A stretch of 63,464 nt of DNA, the filler included, from Craspedostauros australis (Eukaryota): the NCBI GenBank assembly GCA_030167865.1. It is 5 parts of 5 records of this genome, joined end to end, with 100 filler letters (N's around TTAATTAATTAA, not from the genome) between each part and the next. Parts side by side here need not be neighbours in the genome. Positions count along the whole stretch, not along the records: positions 44,652 to 63,464 come from JALAGF010000874.1; 4 more parts are not named here. One strand, written 5' to 3'. The notes beneath the pieces are model-generated. The model was not told where the DNA came from and did not search any database. It saw only the letters and a list, made by a program, of their open reading frames with translations. Below, piece by piece: positions 45,336 through 57,463 of this stretch. Numbering within the stretch: the stretch's first letter is position 1; every line of letters starts with the position of its first letter. The position numbers were made by a program, and so were the translations under genes.

Positions 45336-46334
45336 ATGATCTTCGCACGAGCAAACCAACACAACCAACACAACCAACACAGCAACACCTTCCATGCCAA
45401 CACCGCCACAATGACAAACATGGAGCCTGTTTGCATGTCGCACGCCGATGAGGCCAACGACATCCACCTCCAGCACTACATCGCAACGAACAACGCAGCA
45501 GCGGTTGCCATCGACGATGGCCGCTACGAGGATGCCATTTACGGATTCTCCGCCAGCCTCAGCTCTACCAAGGATCTGCTGCAAGGCCTCTCCGGTTGTC
45601 ACTGCCTTGGCGATGACAAGGTCTTCGGCTCCGGCATGAACCTCGACGAATGCATGATGGCCCGCAGCCAGCCCACGAGGAACCGCAGGAAGCGAAGACG
45701 CTGCCTCTCCGCATCCCTTTCCTCGTCCAATCACTCGACGTCATCAACATCGTCGTCGGCGTTGATGGAATCCATTTCGCCGACATCGCCGCCGCCATCA
45801 CCCGCTACGCTGGCGCCAACGTCGCGTCGCGTGGGAGCAGCGTCGGAGTCGGCGACAGCACCCACGCCATTCCTCTACGCGTCCCCGATCGAATTGCCGC
45901 ACAGCCTCATCCAATCACGACGAACTGGAATGCTCATCTCCGTTATTTCCATTTTCAACCTCGCGCTGTCATATCAACTCTGCGCCATGCAAAAGCTGCA
46001 ACAACAGCAGCAGCAGCAGCAGCAGATCACTCTCATGCTCGGGAAGGCCACCAGCTTGTACGAGCTCGCCTACACGTTGGTGGAGAGAGAGAACCTGGCA
46101 AGGGGTGCCACTTTCTTCAGCATGGCCATCATCAACAACCTCGGCATGATCCATCAAGCCATGGGACGCGAATGCAAGGCAAACAAGTGCTTTGGGCATC
46201 TCCTGTCCACCATCATGGCCATGGTGTACCACGGATGCACCGGCGCTAAGCGCATCGCACCATCAGAACTCGAAGGTTTCCTCCGCAACACGTCCTACCT
46301 CGTCTCTCGCAACGAGGCCGCCCCAGCCGCGTAA
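45336..46334 (+). CDS. Diatom TPR-like helical protein of unknown function, paralog A
   Basis: NNAAAVAIDDGRYEDAI, FLYASPIELP, SIFNLALSYQL, KATSLYELAY, MAIINNLGMIH, C-terminal AAPAA*. Confidence 0.8.
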   Translation: MIFARANQHNQHNQHSNTFHANTATMTNMEPVCMSHADEANDIHLQHYIATNNAAAVAIDDGRYEDAIYGFSASLSSTKDLLQGLSGCHCLGDDKVFGSGMNLDECMMARSQPTRNRRKRRRCLSASLSSSNHSTSSTSSSALMESISPTSPPPSPATLAPTSRRVGAASESATAPTPFLYASPIELPHSLIQSRRTGMLISVISIFNLALSYQLCAMQKLQQQQQQQQQITLMLGKATSLYELAYTLVERENLARGATFFSMAIINNLGMIHQAMGRECKANKCFGHLLSTIMAMVYHGCTGAKRIAPSELEGFLRNTSYLVSRNEAAPAA

Positions 46335-48153
46335 AGCAGGCCCGCACCGCACGACTTCGCCTCCGAGATGAGCATCAAACGACTCGTGCAAACTCTTACA
46401 TACGCAGAAGGAGGAAATTTGTGCTCATAGCTATCTCCGCGCCATTTGGCCATCATGTGATCGTCGTCGATTCAGATCAACAGACACGACCGCATGCGGA
46501 GATGTCGCAGGCCGAGACGAAGAACGCGCTGAACTTCAGCAGACGTCAATTGTCCTTCCGCGGATTCACACTCACCAAAAGATCGCAAACGACATCAACA
46601 CGAGCCATGTAACATCATAGTATTCTCAACTAACCACCAAGCATGGTCATTTTCTCACATGACACAGAGTGGCAGGTCGGTACTCGTACCGCACTTCTGC
46701 ACCAGCGTTCGCAATCGGGCATCCGCCACACACGCGAGGCTACGTTTACAATCGCAAGCGCACACCCTCGTACGGTCTGCACCAATGCTGGTGCGAATGC
46801 AACCGCAACTGCAACTGCAGCCACCGCGGAACCCCAGACTGAAATCAACTATAGATAAACAAAGCACTATTTTAAACCAAAGCCGAAAACCCAATCCAAA
46901 CCACCGAGTCAAACCACCGAGTCAAGCCAACGCAATCCATGTCAAATCAACCCAGGTCAAGCGCATCTGCGTTGATTCAAAACGAAGGCAAGGAGCACGT
47001 CGGCCCCACCAGGGAGGCGGTCGGTGCAGGTCAGGTGTGCACGAAACGAAATCAAAAGAGGCGACGCGACAACAGCGCCGTGACGCTGACGTTCGCAACA
47101 CGCGGCTGATCGCAAACACTGGTAATCAGCCACCTTCACGACGAACAACACGCATTCCCCCGTTGTTATTTTGTTCTTCCGTTCTTGTTCCCTTGTTGTT
47201 CCCTTGTTGTTCCACGATCGTGTTCTTCACACCCAAAGGCTGCGTTTCCTCTTCGTCATACGTGATCGGAGAAACACAATGCCGAAGCTGAATCGGATTG
47301 CGGGACTGGGCGCAACTTGAACAAGGATAAATACTCCGCTTCGTCATTGATTGAATCGTGGAACGGGAATCGTGGTGAAGAGAATGACAGCGGGGTTTCG
47401 CTCGGCAAAACATGACAAAGAATACAAGACAAGTCACAATTTGACCAAAGACACTGCTGGGTGACAACAGCGAACATGATGTCATGCCACATCAAGTGGT
47501 CCTCGCGTGGTGCATGCCACAACTGCAGCTCTGCGGCAGCACATCACGGAGTAAGAGCGAAATCGAAAGCGAGAAGGATAGCGACGGTGGCAGCGATAGC
47601 AGCGGCGATAGAGCGGCTCTACACAACCGAGCATGCGACGGAGATGGATTTGGTCTCTCGAGACGGTGCCCGTCAGACTGGTGAGACGGGAAATTGCTGA
47701 ACGCGATTGGTGCGATACGAGCTCGGCGCAACCCCAAGTCCAAACCAAGCAGCGGAATCCGTCGCCGGGTCCGGTCGATGTCCACATCTTCCCGAAGCCG
47801 TTGTCATTCGTATGATAGTATATGGCGCACTGCTATCACCAATGCCGTCAACGGTACCGATCTTCGCTCAGACTGCAACTTCTGTTGCGCACGTCGTCCG
47901 TCAGCACGCTTTGCCTTTGTCTTTTGTCGATCACAATTCGCTCTTCACATCACCCATCTTCTTCCAACACCCAGATCGTCGCCGAATACAGCTGGCAGTC
48001 ACGAGTTGGCATTGGTAGCTCCGCTTGGTTTGGCTTCGCACCAGCAGCTCAGAGAACGAGGATGAGTATGATTTCTATTTCTGCGGTCTCTATTCGTTTA
48101 TTGCCACGTTACTTCTTCAGGTGATGCTTATTCTTGGACGTTGTCGCTTCGTC

Positions 48154-49092
48154 TCATGCAGCGGCGGCCGCCGCCTGCTCGCCGCGCGATGCGAGGGATG
48201 ACGTATTCCGAATCAACCCGTCGAAGCTGCTAGCCATGTTGTCGTATCCCTGATGATTTCCATGAAGGCCGCGTTGGTCGACGATCAACATCAACGTCGC
48301 TAGGACATTTTGGAACAATCCGGTTGATACGTCACGCCTGCCGTGCGTCTCGTAGATGACGCCGAGATTGTTGGTGATTGCCATCGAGAAGAAGACGTCG
48401 GACTGACCAAGCCCTGCCTCCTCGCAGTGAAGCTTGTGAGCCAATTGGTACATCTTCACCGCCTTTTGCGTACTTTGAAGCGCTTCTTCTTCGCTGGCGT
48501 GCGCGGTGAATGATGCTGCTTGATGATAGCACAATGCGAGGTTGAACATCGTGGTGATGGAAATGAATACGGCAGCCCGATAGCTCGTTCGCAGCGTGGA
48601 TGGCAAGGGTATCGGATGAACGTACACGAATGGGCGTTGGCAATTCGGACGTTGGCATTTCGGGCACTGGCTTGATGCTTGGCGTGGTGGTTCGTTGAAT
48701 CGATGCCCGCATTGTTGGTGTGGCTGCTGTTGCGGTTGTGGTTGTGGTTGCAGATGCTGCAATTGGCCATGGTGGCGGCAGCCACGATGATGATGATGAT
48801 GATGATGGTCACGATCATGACATGCTCGTTCCGTCTCGGAATCCCAGCACCCATGCGTAATCGCCATGCAGTTGTCCAGACTCAGCGTCTGTCCGTCAAC
48901 AACCGGTGCATCGAAAATGGTGCCATCAGATCCGATCTCTCCTTCATCTCCCACAGAAGGAGTGCTGCGAGAGCTCGCAATCAAGGTCTGAGCTACGGCC
49001 AGCACGGTGGTGAAATGATGAATGGCATCATCAAGGTGTCTCTCCTGCAGCAGAGCGACGGCATAGTTGTGGATGCTGACGACTTGGCTCAT
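48154..49092 (-). CDS. Diatom TPR-like helical protein, paralog B
   Basis: HNYAVALLQERHLDDAI, FVYVHPIPLP, TMFNLALCYH, KAVKMYQLAH, MAITNNLGVIY, C-terminal AAAAAA*; ATG at 49092. Confidence 0.8.
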   Translation of the reverse strand: MSQVVSIHNYAVALLQERHLDDAIHHFTTVLAVAQTLIASSRSTPSVGDEGEIGSDGTIFDAPVVDGQTLSLDNCMAITHGCWDSETERACHDRDHHHHHHHRGCRHHGQLQHLQPQPQPQQQPHQQCGHRFNEPPRQASSQCPKCQRPNCQRPFVYVHPIPLPSTLRTSYRAAVFISITTMFNLALCYHQAASFTAHASEEEALQSTQKAVKMYQLAHKLHCEEAGLGQSDVFFSMAITNNLGVIYETHGRRDVSTGLFQNVLATLMLIVDQRGLHGNHQGYDNMASSFDGLIRNTSSLASRGEQAAAAAA

Positions 49093-49476
49093 TTTCGATG
49101 CTGATGGTTGCGTGTGAGGCCACATTTTTGTGACAGGTTGTTTGATTCTTCTTGGGAGGACTCGAAAGCGTCGAAACGTGAGAGTCTGATGGGGGGAAGA
49201 ACGGGCAATTTCTCGTTCCTCTATCCAGTTGACAATAGCTCCACAAACTTCAAGTCGATCGATGTATCGCTGGTGGTGTTTGTTGGGATTTGGTAATGAT
49301 GAGAATGGAACCGGTCTCAGGTTGCTCTTTATGGTGCTATCGCTTTATTTGCGTTGTGATTGTGGTTGTGGTTGCGCTGGTCGCAGTGATTATGGTTGTG
49401 GTGGTGCCGGAGAGTGTGGCGCCTGTGGCGATTAATCGTGCTTCGACAGAGTATCTATGCGTACTGGTACAGATGT

Positions 49477-49530
49477 GGTATGGTATGGTATGGTATGGTA
49501 TGGTATGGTATGGTATGGTATGGTATGGTA
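49477..49530. repeat. (GGTAT)n pentanucleotide microsatellite
   Basis: Directly visible, about 10-11 copies. Confidence 0.95.
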
Positions 49531-50615
49531 GTGCGATGTGGAGTGATGACACAAGAACCGTTGCGTGAGTCGCACGTCGAATGATGCGAAAGTTGATTCG
49601 TACTGGAGGGGAGTAGGTGTGAAGTGGGTGGGGTGTGCAGGTTGTGGGCAGAGGCGCTTGCTCTCGTTCCTCCCTGGGACCTCGAGCGCTCTGTCGGTTG
49701 GTTGGAGGCGCTGTGTTGTCGTGTCAACACACGAGTGCGATACTGGTTGGATCTGTGATTGGGTTGTGCCTCTTGTGGTTGTTCCTTGCGAAAATCAATG
49801 AACAAAAATGTGAGAGGCTTTGGTCTTGTGATCTTGGTTCGGCGTTGTTGATGTTCTTCCCGATGACTTCCGCCGCTTGATTTATTAGTGTAACGGGGGA
49901 AGTTGATACTATCCGGGCACCGAAGAACAATCCGATAGCTGTTGGAGAATCGGGAGCTGCCAACGTTTAGGGCGTGTTGGTCATTTCGGAAATTTAGAAA
50001 GCGCCTTTGCCCGAAGGCCCATATTTATGCTGTTGCCACTTCAAGATAGCGGGGTCATTCGTCTACGGTCCATTCACCGTGGTACGCCAAAAAACGGCTG
50101 CGAGGAGAGAAGTTCAACCGACAATGCCAGTTCTCATCCAATTTCGCGAACAGCGCCAGTGACGGCGAAACCAACAAGCAGAACAGTCGAATTTGCCTAC
50201 CAGTACGTACGTTCGCTGACAGAACGCCCCAATCCTATTGTTGTTGAACTCTCTTCGCCGCATTCCCCTCAAGGGACGAAGCGAAGGAAAAGACGGCGAA
50301 AATCGGGATGGCCACTAACGCGCACACACAACCACGTACGCACACAAACACGCGCACAACATGGCTCGTGTTCATACGGTACAAGCCACGATTTCCCCAG
50401 CAACGTTTTCATCACAAAACGGAAACAATCGACCTTCGCGACATTTCACCCTCATAAACTTCAAAACCGGTTCCCATCAACGCAAACTCCACCACAACCA
50501 ACACAAGGACCAACACAAGGACCAACACAGCCGATCTTATTCCATCTCAAAGCGTCCTCTCTCTCTCACATTCGTACGAGAACAACACCATTCCCATAAA
50601 TCACAAATCAAGAAC

Positions 50616-51638
50616 ATGAACAACGCCAACACCAACACCAACACCGGTCAAAACATGTCATCAACATCAATGGAAACGGCATCCGTGCACGCGACTGCGG
50701 CAACAACCACAATGAATGCAATCAACGTCATCATTCGGGCCAACAACTTCGCAGCTTTGTCGCTGGAGGAGGGGAGGTGCGAAGACGCTATCCGGCTGTT
50801 CACCGAGAGCTTGGCAGTCTCCAAGAGCTTCCTTGATGAGACCAAGGAGAGGGACCATTGCCCGTGTTGCTCCCTTGCAGCGGCATCCCGGTCGACCATT
50901 CCCTCTCGCCCAAACGGTACCGGCGATGATGCACCACCAGTCGTACTTGCGCTCGACGACTGCGTCTCCAGCAACCCGTCGCTCCGGTTCGAGGGTCAAG
51001 ATCCTGACGAAAAGATCAACCGCGGCCACGAGTACGATCACGATCACGACCATGATCACCCGCACGCAGCAGCAGCAGCACAGCATCGGGCACACATGCA
51101 GAAGCAGAATCAAGCGTTGAAGCTGGTCGCACAGACCGATGCCGACTTCGTGTATCTCAGCCCGCTGTACCTTCCAGCGTCGGCATCCGTCGCGTGCGGG
51201 TGCCGCAACAACGGGATCATCCTGGCCATCGTCAGCATCTTCAACCTGGCTTTGGGCCATCACGTGCTGGCGATGAACATCGCCTCGACCGAACCATCGC
51301 TGTCCACGGAGCTTCTGGAGAAGTCCAGGCGTCTGTACGAGCTCGCATTCCAGCTCTACAACGATGACAGCCCAGACGGCGAGCGGATCGAGGGCGGATT
51401 GGTCTTCCTCCTTGCTACGGTGAACAACCTTGGCATGGTCCACCAACGACTTGGACGGTCGGGGCCAGCACACCAGTGCTTCCAGCATGTGCTGTCCACC
51501 ATGGTGTTCCTGATCGACCAGCAGCAGCTCGGGCCGAGCCCGGCACAGCTCAGAGGCATGACGCAGCATCTGTGGCAGCGCTTCCTCGACAACACCCACC
51601 ACCTGGTGAAGAACACATGCAGCGCCGCCGCCGCATGA
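50616..51638 (+). CDS. Diatom TPR-like helical protein, paralog C
   Basis: NNFAALSLEEGRCEDAI, FVYLSPLYLP, SIFNLALGHH, KSRRLYELAF, LATVNNLGMVH, C-terminal SAAAA*; likely ATG at 50616. Confidence 0.8.
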   Translation: MNNANTNTNTGQNMSSTSMETASVHATAATTTMNAINVIIRANNFAALSLEEGRCEDAIRLFTESLAVSKSFLDETKERDHCPCCSLAAASRSTIPSRPNGTGDDAPPVVLALDDCVSSNPSLRFEGQDPDEKINRGHEYDHDHDHDHPHAAAAAQHRAHMQKQNQALKLVAQTDADFVYLSPLYLPASASVACGCRNNGIILAIVSIFNLALGHHVLAMNIASTEPSLSTELLEKSRRLYELAFQLYNDDSPDGERIEGGLVFLLATVNNLGMVHQRLGRSGPAHQCFQHVLSTMVFLIDQQQLGPSPAQLRGMTQHLWQRFLDNTHHLVKNTCSAAAA

Positions 51639-54600
51639 GAACGGAGGAGAGCAAACCCTCCGCCTCCCTTTCTCCCTCCGAACGCCATCCCACCATGACT
51701 CAGTGGGGTGGACATAGAACAGCACCAAGTCCCCAGGCAACGGCGAGGAAACATAGAGCACAGTAGATGGACGTAGAAGCACAATTTTGACAGCTGCACA
51801 TTGAAAGACAAATCCGATAGACAATCCCAACCATACGCATAAACATAATATAAAGATAAAAGCAGTAAACCAACCAACGAACCACCCAACCAAACAGATC
51901 AGGAGACGTATGATCCATTCAACAGCCGAATCAGCGTCGGTCCGGGCCTGGGGGGAAGGACCAACGCAAACGGCGGGATGCATGGGCGCATCCATACATC
52001 CTCGTATGGTACTCGTACGAGGAGAGGAACAGCGCCGATCCAAGCATGGACAAGGTCCGACAATCATCGATACGATCACAATGGACTGGGGAGTACTCGT
52101 ATGAGACCGAGAGGCCCCCAGCAAATATTCGAGGTTGCGATCAAGACTTCCCGTGGTGGAGGTGGTTGTCGCAAGAGAGTACAAGTACGATATAAGTCTA
52201 AAGTACATGCTCTCTGAAACGACGCGGGAAATGGATCATTCCAGTGTTCGCTCTATCAGCGACAAATTCTCCCCTTCCGTTGTCGGCGAGGACCACGTCC
52301 CTCTTCGCCTCGCTTGGTGGTGGTCGATCTACAGTGGCGCATGTCGCCACATCGGGCGGTACGCACGAGCTACGTCCCTATGTATGGTACATTCTGGAGA
52401 GATAAAGGCGACGCTATGAGAACCGCACGTGCGAGTATGGTTCGCAAGCATCCACTGGTCTCTCCCGTTCCGATCTGTTCCGCTTTGCATCGACTGTTCA
52501 GGCGGTGCGCCCATTCCGCGGCGCGTGATAGTAGGTTCCACTCATCGCACCAACACCAAAGAGTACCAGCGGAGGGCCAGAACGTCGCTTTGCGCTGGCT
52601 CTTTGTGCAGACCCGCGATGCCGAGTGTGTTTTCTGCTGCTGTCGTTGCTGTCCTTGGTGGGTTACGCATCACGAAGCTCGACGGTCACGATCTCTCTTG
52701 TCCCTCGACCGTCCTTTGTTCTTCCACACTCAAGTACTATACCAGTATCTCTTCCCCGCGATAGACACCACCGCGAGGATCATTGCGACGGCGTCGCCTG
52801 ACACAATCACCTGCGTGTAACGGAGAAGCCACTTTGACGATGTGGACTAGCTCGTACTCATACCTGAAAAGAACGGCAACCGCAGGTTAGATGTCGGTTC
52901 TCCGATTCCCTTCCCCATCCTCTTTTGATCCGTTCTGCATGAGGGGTGCGGCGCTTGTGGCTTTCCGGACAGGTCTCGACCTTGGTGGAGGCAAAGTTCG
53001 ATGCGTTAACGCTGATGTCGATCGCTCTCGCTGTGATGGCATGGCGCGCAGCAAGAGTGTCGCGTATGATGCGCTGTGGGCATTCATCAAGTGTATCCAG
53101 TAGAGTGTCGAGCGAAGTCGTTGTGTGAGTGGTTGCGCTTCCTGATCCTGGCATCATTTGAGGCGAAGATGGTCACCCGGATCGAGAAGGAAGGGAAGAA
53201 GTCTCACAACTCCAGAGCGCTCTGTTCTGCCCTACTACTACTGCGCTCCAGTTCCCAACAAGAATGCGGGTATGCACAAAGGATCACGGTTAAGATGGTA
53301 TGAACTGGAGACAGCAAAGACGCAACTGCCCATGGCAGAATGTGACGAATAATGTCATTAGTGGGGCAGTTGTATGTGTTCCGGGGAGTAACCCTTGTAG
53401 AGTGTGCATGTTTGCAGAGTGCGCATGTTGGGGTACTCTCACTCCTGTCAGAGCCGCGGCTGGCACGGATCGGCTTTGGTACACCATGACCTGAACGCAA
53501 ATGAGTGATCCATCTCCTCATGTTCGTCTTCTTGATGACTACAAGGCGAGCTGCAAGATACCACACGAACTGCGAGTACTCTCTCAGTCGACAGAGATGG
53601 AGGCTTCCTACGTACTGCCTTTGCGGAGTGTTGGATGAGATGAAATGATCTGCAAGATCGGTCACGGAGCAGTTCAGTTTCCGTTTTTGTCTCCGTTCCG
53701 TATTCGAACCTCCACAAGAGTCACAAGGAGCAACAGAGGGTTCTAAAAAGTTTCTCCAACACTCCCAACAAACTGCCATTTCTCACCACACGCGAATCCG
53801 GTGGGACTGATGAGGTCACATTTTTCCATTGACAAACGAGGGCAACAAGCGGCGCCATCATCTCTCCACATCATTGTTTTCCGTCATCGCTTTCCATTAT
53901 CACCTCCCATCATCCACACGACACATAACCAGGCAACAACCTCCATGTGAGCTGCGGTAGTCAACGCCGGAAGCTCCGGAACACGGCGTAAGGAGACACG
54001 ATCATGTTGGTGCCACGAGACCGACGCAATGGCGGATTTCGTCTCATTGGTGGTGGGCAAGACCAACAGTTTCTGCCCCACATCGGTGGGTGAATGTCAT
54101 TCTCAGGAGAGAGGCGGTGTGGACAGAAAGGACGTTGGTCTTGAGTGGTTCCGACCCAAGACCATGGGTGTTCTTCCAACCACAGGCATTGTCTTCAGTG
54201 CACGAGCGCTTTGCAATCCATTGCGCCAACCACAACGGTGGCGCAGACGAAGACGAAGATGAAAATGACGATGACGATGACGTGGATCGTTTGGGTGATC
54301 AGATGTGAAGTGAGATGAGATGAGGTGATGGCGCGACGAGTACATTCCCCAAACCAAGAGTCGATCGCCAACAAGTTCCCCGCAAGGGGACATAGACAAT
54401 GGGTACGCATATGCCTGTGCTCGCCGTGTGTAGACGGTGGTACGAGAAGATTCGTGGCACCTCGCGGTAATTACGAGCAGTCGTACAAGTATTATTACTA
54501 GCAGAATCGTATGACTGGTAACAGGACGTACTCCAAACGAGAGTTAACTTCTTCCCTGACAATCGCACCAATACATACCCGTAGAGTAGAGTGGAGTAGA

Positions 54601-54751
54601 GTAGAGTACCGCACAATTTTGGAAAGACCGAAAAAGTCTTGAAAAAATTGTCGCAGCAAAAACACACGATTAAAAAATAGAAGACAGCAACAAAACAACA
54701 GAAGACAGCCAGTAACAACACGACGAAAAACGAACGAAGAAACCAACCAAG

Positions 54752-57463
54752 ATGTCGAAGAAAGTCATCCAAGCACCGCTTGAAGCCTACATTAGGAGAA
54801 TGGCGATGGAGAAAGAGGCACACGACAGACAACAACAGAAGGAAGGAGGAGCGACGGCAGGAAGAAGTGGAGAAAACGAGGAAGAAATGGTGGAGATACG
54901 GAAGGAGAAAGGAGGACAGGCGGAAAAAGACGGGAACCGCGGATGCGCAGCAGGGGCGAAGTGCAGGTTCACAAGCAAGGCCAGAGCGGAACTACGATGC
55001 GCAGCATGCGGGCACCCGGTCCATGCAACATGTAGCATAGCCATATCGCCAACAGGACACCAAACGCTCCAAAAGGGGTTTGAGAAGATCTGCAAGCAAT
55101 GTGTGGAGGACCACCAATTGCGAGTGTCCAAGGCAGCCAAAAACAAGAGCTACATCACCGGAGCACAAGTGAAGATGGGCCCAATTTTGCGCAACAAATG
55201 GGACAGGATGGAAAAGAAAGCAAAGGAGAAGGAGACAGAAGACACGGAAGGAGAGAAGGAGGAGGAGGAGAGAAGCAAGGGGGAGGATAAGCAAGGAGAG
55301 GCTAAGGAGCAAGCAACGGGTGAAAGGGGGGGAAATGAAGAAGAAAAGAACGAGGGAACGGAAGCGAAGGAGGACGAAGGGAAGGAAGGAGAAGAGCCGG
55401 GACAGATGGTGGTGGTCATCAACACGGAGGAAGCAATAGGCCAACGAAACCGAAAGAGAGCAGACGTGAGCCCAACGCAAGGAAGCAACAACGAACAGCC
55501 AAGCAAGAGGCTGAATGCGGATGAATCGACGGAAGAAAGCAACGAAGCCGCAATGGACAACGACATGGCAAGCACAGACGAGGCAGGCAATGAAACGCAG
55601 GTGGAGAACGAGGATACTCAAGACACAATGTCAGTGGGCAATGACGAGGAGACACAAGTGGGCAACAATTCCAATGCCGGGGAACCATGGACAGAAATTG
55701 TCCATCCGGTGGTCAATGTGGTAACAAGGAAGCAGGACATAAAGTACTGCGACCTGCAGATCATGGTGAACGGAGGAGCGGGGTCAAGAGATGTCAAGGT
55801 GGCAATGGAAGCAGTCATAGGTTCGTGCAAGGATTTCTTGCGAACCATCCAGCAGGTCAACACAACAGCAAGACTCCTGCCTTGGGACACAAAGGAAGAC
55901 TACATCCGAATCCATGCTCTGGACGATTTTCCAAAGGACATGACGACTTTGAAGAAATTCTTCAAGGGAGCGAAAGCCCTGTACGGAGCGACAAGAGCCA
56001 AGGCGTACTACAAAGTCAGAATCGAATGCGAGGGCAAAGTGAGTGAGATTGCCGAAGAACTCAACGACTTCTTCGCGGTGGAGCAAGGAAGGTTCAGCGT
56101 AGCCAAAATCCAGGCACCATCGACGACAACCATCGGATGGCTGCTCTATTCTACCAGACAGGTGGGAGTGGAAGAGCTGGAGGAAGAGCTGACAAAGCGC
56201 ACGAAGCGACCGGTTGCTACAAACTGGAAAAGGATCTCTGACGGCACCAAGTTTGATCCAGACCGCAACACGGAGAACGATGCAAGAGCGCTGCATGTGG
56301 AGACGGCAACAGAAGACAAAGATGTGGTCACAGAAACATTGATGCACTACTACGGCACCGAGTCAAGGAAGTTTCCGTTGGGCATCAGAATGCGAATGGT
56401 GACACCGCTAGCAGGAATCGTGAACACAGACGTGAGAAGTGGATGGTTCGCCCTGAGAGAGAGACAAGCAGGGTGGTGCAAAGAAGCACAGGCAGTCACA
56501 TCTTACGACCTCATCAACGAGACATTGGAGGCAATACCAGTGGGGTACAACAAGACCCTACGATCCATGATCATGCAAATTAAGGCGACAACTGGGAATA
56601 CAAACACGCCATTATTCACTTCAGTGAACAAGAAGTGGAGAGGGGCCGGGTATGTATTCCAATTCCATCCAGCCAAAGAGATGGAGGCCAAGATGATGAT
56701 CAAAGGGTTGCTGGTAAGGTTGGTGGCAGAATACGGAGTGGGCATGGAGATGTATTTTACATCCCTGGCACGAACGGAAGCCAAAACCATGAAGTGGGAT
56801 GCGGAGGCAAAGAGAGTGATCTCGGAGAAGGACAAAGCAGTCGAGGCAGCCTTAGCAGGAGACGACGACATGCATTTCACACAACCAGTGGAAAGTGAAG
56901 ATGAGAAACCACTAGCGACACGGGAGTGCGATGCCAGACCAGAGAAAGACTACGGCGACAGTGACACAATCCCTTCACTGCGCAATGCATCCGAATGGAG
57001 AAAGATCTCCGAAAGACAAGAAGCCAGGAAGGCGGCAGCAAGGGAGGCAGAGGAGGACGCGAGCACCATAGCATCAAGGTCGACCTGCAAGACATCAAGG
57101 ACAGCAGGAACGAGCAAGAGGTTGGTGTCCATTGAAGCCAAGCTAGCAGAAATGCTGGAGACCCGAACCCAGCGGTCAGCCCTGTCGACATTGTCCGGGA
57201 GTACACGGAGGTCCAAAGAAACGGTGAAGAAAGAGATGAAAGAATTGCGAGAACAGATGGCACAAATGCAAGCGATGATGGCAGCAGCAATGGAGGAAAA
57301 CAAGGAGCTCAAGGCAAGAGCGAAGGAAGCTCAGCCGGAGCAGGAAGTAAGGCCACCAGAGGCCCAGCGTGACATAACGGGAAACCCAACGGCCGACAAC
57401 CCGCGGGACCCGCGCGAAATTGAGGAAGCAGGTGCTGTGCAAACGGCGCCTGCGAATGGTTGA
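54752..57463 (+). CDS. LINE ORF1, 903 aa: N-terminal PHD-like C4HC3 finger, acidic linker, central domain, C-terminal coiled coil
   Basis: C-x5-C-x11-C-x2-C-x4-H-x2-C-x19-C-x2-C; directly upstream of ORF2. Confidence 0.8.
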   Translation: MSKKVIQAPLEAYIRRMAMEKEAHDRQQQKEGGATAGRSGENEEEMVEIRKEKGGQAEKDGNRGCAAGAKCRFTSKARAELRCAACGHPVHATCSIAISPTGHQTLQKGFEKICKQCVEDHQLRVSKAAKNKSYITGAQVKMGPILRNKWDRMEKKAKEKETEDTEGEKEEEERSKGEDKQGEAKEQATGERGGNEEEKNEGTEAKEDEGKEGEEPGQMVVVINTEEAIGQRNRKRADVSPTQGSNNEQPSKRLNADESTEESNEAAMDNDMASTDEAGNETQVENEDTQDTMSVGNDEETQVGNNSNAGEPWTEIVHPVVNVVTRKQDIKYCDLQIMVNGGAGSRDVKVAMEAVIGSCKDFLRTIQQVNTTARLLPWDTKEDYIRIHALDDFPKDMTTLKKFFKGAKALYGATRAKAYYKVRIECEGKVSEIAEELNDFFAVEQGRFSVAKIQAPSTTTIGWLLYSTRQVGVEELEEELTKRTKRPVATNWKRISDGTKFDPDRNTENDARALHVETATEDKDVVTETLMHYYGTESRKFPLGIRMRMVTPLAGIVNTDVRSGWFALRERQAGWCKEAQAVTSYDLINETLEAIPVGYNKTLRSMIMQIKATTGNTNTPLFTSVNKKWRGAGYVFQFHPAKEMEAKMMIKGLLVRLVAEYGVGMEMYFTSLARTEAKTMKWDAEAKRVISEKDKAVEAALAGDDDMHFTQPVESEDEKPLATRECDARPEKDYGDSDTIPSLRNASEWRKISERQEARKAAAREAEEDASTIASRSTCKTSRTAGTSKRLVSIEAKLAEMLETRTQRSALSTLSGSTRRSKETVKKEMKELREQMAQMQAMMAAAMEENKELKARAKEAQPEQEVRPPEAQRDITGNPTADNPRDPREIEEAGAVQTAPANG

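Noticed and set aside
52200..54560. Possible small spliced gene(s) between paralog C and the LINE
   Set aside because: Only short ORFs without motifs; a 53-nt candidate intron near 52811-52863 gives no recognisable product.
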